Source: Bugula neritina
Lineage: Eukaryota; Animalia; Bryozoa
Direction: 5' to 3'
DNA: 23,016 nucleotides
Assembly (NCBI GenBank): GCA_964035545.1
Contig: CAXIUT010000294.1
Span: 1 to 23,016, forward strand
The notes under the pieces are model-generated. The model made no database searches. It was given only the letters and a program-made list of their open reading frames with translations, and was not told the DNA's origin. The position numbers and the translations under genes are program-made. Below are positions 1 to 7,734 of this stretch, piece after piece. Numbering within the stretch: the first letter of the stretch is position 1; every line of letters starts with the position of its first letter.

Positions 1-428
1 ATGAGATAATGTTTTCTCATGTGAAAAATTACTCTCCTGATGAAAATATAGAAATAAAAAGTAAAATTGAATTTCTAATTGACTACATAGGAAGTAAAAG
101 AGGCGATTTGGTTAGATTGGCTGAGCTTATGTATAAAGAAGGAATATCAAATCCTTCTGAAATAAAAGATGAACTAGGAATATCTATAAAAGAGGCCAAT
201 GTTCAAAAGGTTGCTATAAAAAGAATACTAAAAAGAAGTGATTTTTTAATTAGTTATATATCTAATAATAGAAAAGAGTTATCCGATACGGCTATTGCAA
301 TATATGAGAAAAAAATTGCAGAGGCTAAAGGTCTATCCGAGGAGCTAGGGGTTGAGATTAATCAAGCTGAAAAGCTTAGGAAAGAAGTTCTCTCTCTTGG
401 CAATGAAATATCTCAAGGTAATTTCTGA
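1..428 (+). CDS. 3' part of the ECF-like sigma factor gene (cut by the window edge; full copy at 13225..13938)
   Basis: ORF 9..428 equals the C-terminal 139 aa of ORF 13213..13938. Confidence 0.75.
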   Translation, partial: EIMFSHVKNYSPDENIEIKSKIEFLIDYIGSKRGDLVRLAELMYKEGISNPSEIKDELGISIKEANVQKVAIKRILKRSDFLISYISNNRKELSDTAIAIYEKKIAEAKGLSEELGVEINQAEKLRKEVLSLGNEISQGNF

Positions 429-1006
429 TGATCAGTTCAATACATGAAAATATACTTAAACTAGATACACTGTATGATGGCGAGTATCCATATGATTTTG
501 AAGATATTATTGATGAAGACTTAGATGAATTAATTCGATCACCTATTGATGATGTGGTTTTTGAACTTACATCTAATGCGATTGATATTGACAGCTTCTT
601 AACAGCTATGGAAATTACAGCAAATCCAAATATAACTCTTTTACATGATGAGCGAAATTCAGTAAAAAAGCCTGTAGATGAACATGATAAAAATGGTGTG
701 GATGAAAAGTTCTTGTTAGCATATGAGCTTATTTCATTGGCGACTGAGGAGCTGATAAAAAAAGAAAATATGTTAATAAGGGAAAGAGAGTTTGAAATAA
801 AATTAGAAAAAGAAATGCAATTAGAAAAAGAAATGATAAGCTTGCTTGCCAACAGAGATACTTCTAGATTAAATTCTAACTCTATTAGTAGGAATGCAAT
901 TAGATATTTTACTCCTTTATTGGGAAATATATTTTTTGTGTTTTCAGCTTTAATTTCTATATGTTCATTTTTCTTGTTTATTTTAGTTTATATTTATTTT
1001 AACTAA
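428..1006 (+). CDS. Hypothetical protein: acidic N-terminus, coiled coil, C-terminal TM helix (candidate anti-sigma factor)
   Basis: 192 aa. TGATG stop/start overlap with the upstream gene. EKE-rich coiled coil and hydrophobic tail IFFVFSALISICSFFLFILVYIYF. Confidence 0.75.
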   Translation: MISSIHENILKLDTLYDGEYPYDFEDIIDEDLDELIRSPIDDVVFELTSNAIDIDSFLTAMEITANPNITLLHDERNSVKKPVDEHDKNGVDEKFLLAYELISLATEELIKKENMLIREREFEIKLEKEMQLEKEMISLLANRDTSRLNSNSISRNAIRYFTPLLGNIFFVFSALISICSFFLFILVYIYFN

Positions 1007-1019
1007 CGAATTTATTTAA

Positions 1020-1054
1020 AAGCCCCTCTCGACCGTCAAATCAAAAAGGGGCTT
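1020..1054. terminator. Hairpin AAGCCCCT...AGGGGCTT (intrinsic terminator or leader hairpin)
   Basis: 8-bp perfect inverted repeat just after the stop at 1006; followed by a short T-run on the - strand. Confidence 0.5.
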
Positions 1055-1086
1055 GTTATTAAGCATCTACCAGAGAGGTATCAGCT

Positions 1087-1326
1087 ATGTCTGATGGTAT
1101 CAAAATTTTCGCGTGGGTTATACACACGTTCAGTCGGGTGAGCGCATGGCGCTATGCATCTTTTCTTGTTGTGTTGGTTTTGGTTGTGTTCTTGTGGCGT
1201 ATGCCAGATTTGTTAGCAGCGACTTGCAAGCCACCTCCTGTAGCCCAAGCTAGCCTTAGAAATTGTGAGCTATGTTATGAGCCATTGTTAAACATGCAGA
1301 GTGTCAGGGCTGTGGCTTTTAGTTGA
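1087..1326 (+). CDS. Small single-TM membrane protein (possible type I toxin)
   Basis: GAGG RBS before ATG; TM segment YASFLVVLVLVVFLW followed by R. Confidence 0.55.
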   Translation: MSDGIKIFAWVIHTFSRVSAWRYASFLVVLVLVVFLWRMPDLLAATCKPPPVAQASLRNCELCYEPLLNMQSVRAVAFS

Positions 1327-1387
1327 GTTACCAACCTTATACTGTCCTATTAGCTATTTTAGAACAAGACGAAGTAGAGTCTGACCT

Positions 1388-1549
1388 ATGAATAAAACAA
1401 AGAACTATAAGCAAGAGCTTTTTGATAATTTGATAATCAATACTGCAAAAGGAATTGGAATGATTTTAGCCGGTATTGGTGGACTATGTGCTGTTATCGT
1501 TTTGTATGGGCTCTTCTACGCCCTTTTTGGAGAATTTAATGGCAAATGA
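1388..1549 (+). CDS. 53-aa single-TM protein (not in the supplied ORF track)
   Basis: Hand translation: MNKTKNYKQELFDNLIINTAKGIGMILAGIGGLCAVIVLYGLFYALFGEFNGK*. Confidence 0.5.
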   Translation: MNKTKNYKQELFDNLIINTAKGIGMILAGIGGLCAVIVLYGLFYALFGEFNGK

Positions 1550-1709
1550 TACTCCCGTTTTGGTCATGACTATCATATTCTTGCTTATGGTAGGTGGTCT
1601 TGTGCTACTTGGAACAGTTGAATATATATATGCAGGTAAACAAACTGTTGTTGAGAGTGCAAAGGATTCTACTAATCTTAATGCGGAAATTAGCGTCATG
1701 AATGACTGA
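1539..1709 (+). CDS. 56-aa single-TM protein
   Basis: GGAGA RBS (1529-1533) 5 nt before ATG 1539, in frame with track ORF 1476..1709. TM segment VLVMTIIFLLMVGGLVLLGTV. Confidence 0.5.
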   Translation: MANDTPVLVMTIIFLLMVGGLVLLGTVEYIYAGKQTVVESAKDSTNLNAEISVMND

Positions 1710-1739
1710 ATTCATGACGCCATGGCGTACCGGTACGCT
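1693..1739. repeat. Chained palindromes
   Basis: GCGTCATGAAT/ATTCATGACGC 11-bp IR (1693-1720), ACGCCATGGCGT (1717-1728), GCGTACCGGTACGC (1725-1738). Confidence 0.8.
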
Positions 1740-1740
1740 A

Positions 1741-1944
1741 TCAATCGGGCGGTTCAACTTCAAATGCAGCCAGCGCGACCTGGCAATCAATCACCAAATC
1801 ACGCGCCTCCGCCCAGGCGGCTAAATCTGCCTGTTCTGGCAAATAAGCCACGGTTTCAAAGTTATCGCCGTTCAATGGAAAGAGTGTTAATGATTCGGGG
1901 GCAGTTGCTGCACCCGCTGGGTTCTGTATGCTGTTTTCCTGCAT
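1741..1944 (-). CDS. 67-aa acidic hypothetical protein
   Basis: AGAGG RBS upstream on the - strand; protein-like composition; the ORF ends right at the palindrome cluster. Confidence 0.55.
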   Translation of the reverse strand: MQENSIQNPAGAATAPESLTLFPLNGDNFETVAYLPEQADLAAWAEARDLVIDCQVALAAFEVEPPD

Positions 1945-2015
1945 AACTCAATGCCTCTTTGGTCGAGATTGGGTTGTGTGGCCTGTCCCGGTGTTGGTAG
2001 CGCCGGGATAGGTGT
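1939..2015 (+). ncRNA. Candidate cis-antisense RNA (SymR-like layout) covering the start codon and RBS of ORF 1741..1944
   Basis: TTGCTG-N16-TATGCT (1905-1932) lies inside the ORF on the + strand. The 3' hairpin 1982-2012 has loop TTGGTAG and two G-U pairs that form only on the + strand. Confidence 0.45.
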
Positions 2016-2028
2016 TAACTATCAATTA

Positions 2029-2112
2029 TGACGTAATGGCGTTTTGAATGAATGACGCCATTACGTCAAATAGTATAGCGTCATGACGTCACTTTAGCTA
2101 TACCGGTACGCT
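2029..2112. repeat. TGACG/CGTCA-rich inverted-repeat cluster (candidate centromere or operator)
   Basis: 14-bp perfect IR TGACGTAATGGCGT/ACGCCATTACGTCA (2029-2068), CGTCATGACG, TGACGTCA, and TACCGGTACGCT also present at 1728-1739. Confidence 0.7.
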
Positions 2113-2124
2113 GTAGGTACGGTG

Positions 2125-2922
2125 CTAATCAAGCAACAGCGGGTATTGTTCGTCTTGCTTCCAGGTGAATTTAAGCGCCTTGACGGCGCGGCCTTTCTTG
2201 ATGGGTTCCCATTCGATCACGAGGCGGTCTTTTTCGTGTAGCTCTTTGATGGCTTTCTCGATGCAGTTAACGCGAATGTCTTTGTACAGGTAGCTGGCTG
2301 GAATGCCGAGCGCGTGGCGGAAGTCTTCAAGGGTGATGTATAGCTGTTTGGTAGTCTTCCATTGCATGAGGAGTTCGAGCAAGCGCCACGAATAGTAAGA
2401 GCGCAGGGATGAGGCCATTTTCAGTTTGTAGGTGGTGTATTTACCGTTGAGTAGCAAGATATAGGGCGTGGCTTCCTGCGAGAAGTTGATTTCAACCCAG
2501 CCGTCGCCTTTGTGGTATTTGGCGCTGGATACCCAATGCACCTTATGAATTTCTTCGCCGGTAGGGGTGTCCACCACCAGACTAAAATAGCGCGAGAATA
2601 GACGGTCTGTGGCTTTCTTCAGTTCACGGTACGAGCTGTCCAGATCCACGCTAAATTCCCGGGCATATTCCTTGGCCGAGATGCGCAGTGACACCTGATT
2701 ACCTTTCAGTGACTCAGCCTTTGCCATCGCATAGGTGACTAAGCGCTTTTCTACCAGGTTGAGGCCATGCGCGGCGCGAACGAGTGAGTTGCTCATGCTA
2801 ACGGTTAATTCCTGCCCCAGAATTCTGCTGATGTCTTCCGGGACTGTCTGTTTCTCCTGCTGTTCCAGTTTGAGTTTAGCTTCTTCAGCTTTCTTTTCTA
2901 TCCAGCCGATGGGGTCAGACAT
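2125..2922 (-). CDS. repB: Plasmid replication initiator, Rep_3/RepB family
   Basis: Family motifs MSNSLVRAAHGLNLVEKRL, WVSSAKY, LRSYYSWRLLELL, CIEKAIKEL, KKGRAVKALKF; adjacent iterons. Confidence 0.93.
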   Translation of the reverse strand: MSDPIGWIEKKAEEAKLKLEQQEKQTVPEDISRILGQELTVSMSNSLVRAAHGLNLVEKRLVTYAMAKAESLKGNQVSLRISAKEYAREFSVDLDSSYRELKKATDRLFSRYFSLVVDTPTGEEIHKVHWVSSAKYHKGDGWVEINFSQEATPYILLLNGKYTTYKLKMASSLRSYYSWRLLELLMQWKTTKQLYITLEDFRHALGIPASYLYKDIRVNCIEKAIKELHEKDRLVIEWEPIKKGRAVKALKFTWKQDEQYPLLLD

Positions 2923-2934
2923 AGATGAAAAATC

Positions 2935-3000
2935 CTTAATGGGGAATTAAGAATATTTTCCCATTAAGTTAATAGGAAAGCAATTTTGAATTCCTATTAT
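2935..3000. promoter_or_regulatory. Inverted half-iterons upstream of rep (putative autorepression operator)
   Basis: TTAATGGG..TTCCCATTAA and TTAATAGGAA..TTCCTATTA reuse the iteron core TTCC(C/T)ATT in inverted pairs. Confidence 0.6.
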
Positions 3001-3011
3001 TGGCCTTTGCC

Positions 3012-3244
3012 TGTGGACAAGACAGCAAAAACTTCCTATTTAGACAGCAAAAACTTCCCATTAAGCAGCAAAAACTTCCTATTTAGACAGCAAAAACTTC
3101 CTATTTAGGAAATTTATGAACGCTTGAGATGCTTACTGGATAAGGGTTTCAAGCGTTGCGCCACAAGCCCTAAAAAGATCTTTTAAAAGTTTATAAAAGA
3201 TCTTTTAAAAGGAACTGGGGGCAACAGCAAAAACTTCCTATTTA
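3012..3244 (+). repeat. oriV: DnaA-box-like site, four tandem 21-22-bp iterons, AT-rich repeats, fifth iteron
   Basis: TGTGGACAA (reverse complement TTGTCCACA) at 3012-3020. GACAGCAAAAACTTCCTATTTA-type repeats at 3021, 3043, 3065, 3086 and 3223. TAAAAGATCTTTTAAAAG-type repeat twice in 3171-3211. Confidence 0.92.
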
Positions 3245-3374
3245 ACACCAAAGCCTAAAATTCACGCAATTTATTCGGAGTGCATTGCAGACCTGATCAT
3301 TAAAACTTTCAACGTGTAAGTCCACACCGCTATACTGATCTGCGTCATTACTTCATAACGTCACAGTCACCCTT

Positions 3375-3992
3375 ATGAAATCAATCGCATTCCTTAGCCA
3401 GAAAGGCGGCAGCGGTAAAACCACGCTGGCAGTGCATACCGCAGTTACCGCGCAGGAAAGTGGGGAAAGCGTTGTCGTCATTGATACCGACCCGCAACAA
3501 AGTGCAATGACCTGGGCAGAAGCACGCACCACGGATATACCACCGGTAGCCGCCATCAACGCTAACGAAATACAAAAAGTATTCGCAGCTGCTGAAGGCG
3601 AAGCAATGACACTAGCCATAGTCGATACCGCACCACACGCCGCGCCTGAGGCCTCCATTATCGCGGCTAAGGTAGACTTGATTGCTATCCCAGTCAGACC
3701 GTCAGCGTTTGATATAGCCGCAGTAGGCAACGCAGTAGAGATTGCCAAAGCAGCCAACACCAAAACCGTGTTTGTGCTTTCAGCTTGTCCCTTTAGATCA
3801 CCAGAGATAACCGAAACACGCGAGCTGTTAAAAACCTATGGCTTACCTGTAGCACCTACCGACATCACAGAGAGACGCGCATTCTCGCGTGCGGTAGCAT
3901 CAGGTAGGGCAGTAACCGAATTTGAAAGCGATGGTAAAGCAGCTGCTGAAATACGCGCTTTATGGCAATGGCTGAAAGGAGAAATGCAATGA
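3375..3992 (+). CDS. parA: ParA-family (ParF-like, type Ib) partition ATPase
   Basis: Deviant Walker A KGGSGKTT, IDTDPQ, IVDTAP; 205 aa with no N-terminal HTH. Confidence 0.95.
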   Translation: MKSIAFLSQKGGSGKTTLAVHTAVTAQESGESVVVIDTDPQQSAMTWAEARTTDIPPVAAINANEIQKVFAAAEGEAMTLAIVDTAPHAAPEASIIAAKVDLIAIPVRPSAFDIAAVGNAVEIAKAANTKTVFVLSACPFRSPEITETRELLKTYGLPVAPTDITERRAFSRAVASGRAVTEFESDGKAAAEIRALWQWLKGEMQ

Positions 3993-4252
3993 CAAAGAAG
4001 AAAACAGGGCTGGCGCAGTTCACCAAGCAAAGCAGCCAGACCACACAGCAGAGTGAAACACAGGAAAGTAAACCCAGAGAGAAACAGCGCGGTAAGGGTG
4101 ATGTAGTTGCATTAACAGTACGACTGTCACGCGATGACTGGCAACGTGTACACCAGTTGGCGCTATCCGAAGGCGTTAGCATTCAACGGCTGGCAGTAGA
4201 CGGATTATCAAAGCTCTTTGAAGAAAAAGGGCTTAAAAAGCTCAACACCTGA
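3989..4252 (+). CDS. ParG-like ribbon-helix-helix partition protein
   Basis: ATGA overlap with the parA stop; AAGGAG RBS; unstructured N-tail then VALTVRLSRDDWQRVHQLA...IQRLAVDGL RHH pattern. Confidence 0.8.
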   Translation: MTKKKTGLAQFTKQSSQTTQQSETQESKPREKQRGKGDVVALTVRLSRDDWQRVHQLALSEGVSIQRLAVDGLSKLFEEKGLKKLNT

Positions 4253-4377
4253 AATCGTTTTTATCCCAAACATCACACCAATCTGAAAGGTTCCCAAAAG
4301 CGGTTTTCATGCGCAATGGATAGCATACTATTCGGGCAAGCACTGCCCGCGCTGTCAGATCGTGCCAACCGAAAGGT

Positions 4378-4902
4378 TTAGAAAAAGCGAAACCGGTTAT
4401 CTTTCCACTCCTTACCATCAATCAACCCTTCCTCATATAACCCGGCCCAATCGTAAAAGAATGGGTACCAATCGGTGCTGGTGTGCAGTAACTGCATAGC
4501 CACCGCACACACTGCCACAATACCCCATGCAATCGCATACTCTCCAGCCTCACCTGTGCGCAGCCGTCCCCCAAACAGGTGAAAGCGTCGCTCTGAGTTA
4601 GGTGCGAAAGGTACACCGCTGACAGTCATGGAATCGGCGAGTACATGCGTAAGCCCGCCCCAGAAGAACGCGGCCAGGATGCCGTGGAAATCCCACAGCA
4701 ACAGCGCAAACAGTAGGGCGATAAACCAGCCCAACACGTAATGGGTGACGCCCCGGTGTTTTACGTCCTGGCCGGTAGTGGCCTTGATTACCCATTCCAA
4801 CCAATCCGGAGCAGTAGAACCAAGAATTGCGACCGGCACGAGTACCGGGTTAATAACAGCGGTGGTCGCGCCAGCGATGGCGATGTGATTAATCCATTTC
4901 AT
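4378..4902 (-). CDS. YdjM/DUF457-type membrane-bound metal-dependent hydrolase
   Basis: N-terminal His, GSTAPD, HRGVTH and THVLADSMT.SGVP motifs with several TM helices; ATGA overlap with the upstream gene. Confidence 0.88.
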   Translation of the reverse strand: MKWINHIAIAGATTAVINPVLVPVAILGSTAPDWLEWVIKATTGQDVKHRGVTHYVLGWFIALLFALLLWDFHGILAAFFWGGLTHVLADSMTVSGVPFAPNSERRFHLFGGRLRTGEAGEYAIAWGIVAVCAVAMQLLHTSTDWYPFFYDWAGLYEEGLIDGKEWKDNRFRFF

Positions 4903-5828
4903 CGCGGGGTGAGTTCCTTTTGTGGCACTGCTGAAATGTTTTTAAGCCAGGTGTTGATGGTTTTGGCATTGAGCGGGTCGCACAGTCCGGAGAGTTTAAG
5001 GCGGGTTTCGGTGATCTTTGCTTCCTGTTTGGTAAGGTCGCGGCGACTTTGTGCGATCTTTTCGAGGTAGGTCATTTGCTCCTTGGCCTCAGAAATACCT
5101 TGCTGGACGCGTAAGGCGGAGCGAGTCTCCATGCTCCGATAAAGCGCCACTTCCCGTGTGGCGAGGTTGCGGTTTGCGATGGCGGCCACGAAGTCGGCGA
5201 CGATGGTGGCGGTGGTTTGGCGTCGCATGGCTTCGCGTTCTTTTTCGCGGTTAAGTTCTTTGTTGGAGTACAGCGGCATGCTGGCAACGATTGCCACGTA
5301 ATTGCTGCCGAGTTCGGAAGTGCCGGCACCGGCGCTGCTGAGGATATTGGTTTCCTGTCCGTATTTAGCCAGCTGAGCGCGCAGATCCACATTGAGATTC
5401 CACTGACTGCGGGCGGGGTAACAATCGAGGATGTACTGATACACCGCATCGGTGTCGATGTTGGGTGCCTGAACCAGCGCAGGCGGTTTAGCCTTGAAGT
5501 TCAGTTCCTGCCCGCTGAGTGTTGGGATTTTATAAGGCTGCGCCTTTGGTGGTTGCCTGGGTTCCTCTTGTTTCCAAGGCCAAAAGCTAAAAATGCCGTT
5601 TTCTGCTGCCTCAGTGGCCTCAGAATCGGTTATCAGTAATTTTTCATAGTTCTCTATGGGCTTGGCGCTTTCAGCGTCGTACAGCGTCTCTGAGGCGGCG
5701 CTAATCGGCGCGAGAAGCGCGGCGACCAGTACCCAGGGCTTTAAGCCCGCCAATGACCAAAGCCGCTTCCCACCATCCGATGGCAAGGCAGCAAATGAGA
5801 AGAAACCACATGAGGATATGCGTTGCAT
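4899..5828 (-). CDS. Secreted hypothetical protein, C-terminal half resembling one TolC/OEP repeat (start uncertain)
   Basis: GAGG RBS before ATG 5828 (the track starts at TTG 5849). Signal-like KPWVLVAALLAPISAA. Beta-strand VAIVASMPLYS followed by long helices ending ETRLKLSGL. Confidence 0.7.
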   Translation of the reverse strand: MQRISSCGFFSFAALPSDGGKRLWSLAGLKPWVLVAALLAPISAASETLYDAESAKPIENYEKLLITDSEATEAAENGIFSFWPWKQEEPRQPPKAQPYKIPTLSGQELNFKAKPPALVQAPNIDTDAVYQYILDCYPARSQWNLNVDLRAQLAKYGQETNILSSAGAGTSELGSNYVAIVASMPLYSNKELNREKEREAMRRQTTATIVADFVAAIANRNLATREVALYRSMETRSALRVQQGISEAKEQMTYLEKIAQSRRDLTKQEAKITETRLKLSGLCDPLNAKTINTWLKNISAVPQKELTPR

Positions 5829-6429
5829 CGTAGGCAACCTCTGAATCAAGTCTAAAAATCTGGGGATCGCGCCGCAGTAACACCGGGCGCAGATTCGGGG
5901 GTAAGCGTTGTTCTTCTGAGGTCGCTACCACGGTCAGGCGCGTAGCCATCGCGCATTGACGTGCTATTTGTAATTTCCTGCCGGTGAGCTTGTGCGCATC
6001 GTCGATGAACAGCACCGGTTTTTTGGCTTTGCAATAATCAACCAGTGCGTTAGAACGGGCGTATTGTTTGAGTTTTTTCCAGGGTTCACGCTCGTCGAGG
6101 GGAATTTTCTTTTGTTCCTCATCCCACCATTCACTGACGGCGGGATTATCGTGCCATTCACCTACTGGGCTGAGGGTATCGAGGAAGATTGGAGTGGCTT
6201 TGATTTTTGCGCCCCAAATCTCGGTAGCGTTCTCATGCAGGCGAGTCAGCCAGCGCGTTTTTCCGGAGTCGTGTGCGCCGGTGACGAGGATTGGTTTTTT
6301 CTTGGAGATGACCTGCTCACTGGTGACTTTGCCGTACTTTTTAGTTTTGGTGACGAGTAATGGAACGGCAAAGCGCGAACCGTCCGCACGCACCTGATTC
6401 TTAGTGCGCCGTATTTTTAAATACTCCAC
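5701..6429 (-). CDS. P-loop ATPase (AAA-like) with C-terminal membrane anchor
   Basis: GTG start with AAGGA upstream. Walker A GAHDSGKT, Walker B VLFIDDAH. Hydrophobic ILMWFLLICCLAIGWWEAALVIGGL near the C-terminus. Confidence 0.85.
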   Translation of the reverse strand: MEYLKIRRTKNQVRADGSRFAVPLLVTKTKKYGKVTSEQVISKKKPILVTGAHDSGKTRWLTRLHENATEIWGAKIKATPIFLDTLSPVGEWHDNPAVSEWWDEEQKKIPLDEREPWKKLKQYARSNALVDYCKAKKPVLFIDDAHKLTGRKLQIARQCAMATRLTVVATSEEQRLPPNLRPVLLRRDPQIFRLDSEVAYDATHILMWFLLICCLAIGWWEAALVIGGLKALGTGRRASRAD

Positions 6430-6738
6430 GTTGGATTCTAATCCTTTTTGTCGTTTCGTCAGCCCATCGCACTGACCATGTTCCCAGGGTGAATTTTTTT
6501 CCGCTGTTTGCCCTGGGTGAGTCCGGCAAATTGTTGTTTTTACTGGACTCCATTCAAACGGAATTGAGCGAAGCAGAAGGGGGAACTAATTTAAAAGAGT
6601 TTTGCTTAAAAATCAAGCAGCAATTTTGTCGAAAATAAAGGACGGTTTTTTGTAACTTTTTTTCATACTTTAAAAAACAAACGCTTATGAAGTATGATAA
6701 ATTGTGTATTTATTGAACATTAGAGGGATGTTTCACGG

Positions 6739-7344
6739 ATGGGAGTTTATGCCTACCTGCGAGTCAGTACCGATCAGCAAGACGTGGACAACCAGCGCCA
6801 CGGCATACTGGAATATGCGAATACGCACAGCTTGGGAAACCTGCAATTTGTTGAGGATAGCGCCTCAGGGAAGACCAACTGGAAGGAAAGGAAAGCCGGT
6901 GAACTGCTGACTAAAACCATGCAGCCAGGGGACACCATTTTGTTTGCTGAGGTTTCCAGAATGGCACGCTCTGTACTGCAAATTTTAGAGATGTTGGAAC
7001 ACTGCGCAGCGCATGAATTTACCGTGCATATTGTGAAGCAGAAGATGGTGTTTGATGACTCGCTGAACTCTAAAATTACCGCTACGGTTTTGGGTTTGGC
7101 GGCGGAAATTGAGCGAGAATTTATCTCAATGCGCACCAAGGAAGCACTGGCTAAACGTAAGGCTGAGGGCATGGTTTTGGGTCGGCCAAAGGGGAAGGCT
7201 AAGCGGGTGAAATTGGATAAACGCAGTGCGGAGATCCGCAAGTATTTAGAGTTGGGAATCAGTAAGCGAGCTATTTGTAAGCTGGTGGATTGCTCACCTA
7301 GTACGCTTTATGAGTGGATTGAGCGGCGCAAGGTGGAGGTATAA
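6739..7344 (+). CDS. Small serine recombinase (resolvase/invertase) with C-terminal HTH
   Basis: YLRVST catalytic motif, SRMARS, AEIEREFISMRTKEAL, LGRP, HTH GISKRAICKLVDCSPSTLY. Confidence 0.95.
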   Translation: MGVYAYLRVSTDQQDVDNQRHGILEYANTHSLGNLQFVEDSASGKTNWKERKAGELLTKTMQPGDTILFAEVSRMARSVLQILEMLEHCAAHEFTVHIVKQKMVFDDSLNSKITATVLGLAAEIEREFISMRTKEALAKRKAEGMVLGRPKGKAKRVKLDKRSAEIRKYLELGISKRAICKLVDCSPSTLYEWIERRKVEV

Positions 7345-7706
7345 AGTCTTATAAGTGCAGGCTCATCAATTGCTATGGATATTTTTGTATCCATAAGTGT
7401 ATTCAGTTAAGTGGTTTTTCAAGGGTCGACAGGCACTGGTGAACAACGGGCAGTGTACGACTTGATTGACTGCTGGAGCTGCTGGAAGGTTTAACAAGGC
7501 ATACCGGATCGTCAAACCAGTGTACTAAAGGCCTGCCATGCTGGGGAGATTTAAGTCGTGGTACTGTACTAGGCTTTGTTCAGCAAAAGCCTATTGCGGG
7601 CATAATTGCGCGTTTACCGCGTAAAACAACCCACAAGCATTGAATGCAAAGGGGCAGCGAAAACGTCCCTTTATTTTAAATTGATAGGAGGAATGTTGGT
7701 GATTTA

Positions 7707-7729
7707 AACCCGCCGTTGATTGGCGGGTT
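7707..7729 (-). terminator. Intrinsic terminator after the RHH gene
   Basis: AACCCGCC...GGCGGGTT hairpin 5 nt past the stop at 7735. Confidence 0.55.
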
Positions 7730-7734
7730 AGTAT

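Noticed and set aside
376-852. 158-aa - strand ORF and other antisense or shadow ORFs (e.g. 3353..3763, 5217..5639, 5992..6360, 6774..7241)
   Set aside because: They lie opposite or inside well-supported genes and have no motifs or RBS.
3021-3107. Tandem 22-bp repeats as a CRISPR array
   Set aside because: No spacers and no cas genes; position next to rep, a DnaA box and an AT-rich region identifies them as iterons.
5701-6429. Calling the ATPase Zot/pI and the element an inovirus
   Set aside because: The Walker motifs are generic, there is no HUH or Rep_trans initiator, and replication is iteron/theta type. Kept only as an analogy.
6430-7700. Tn3-family transposon or invertible segment around the serine recombinase
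   Set aside because: No transposase, terminal inverted repeats or paired inversion sites found. The AT-rich 6590-6730 stretch may be a res site but subsites could not be defined.
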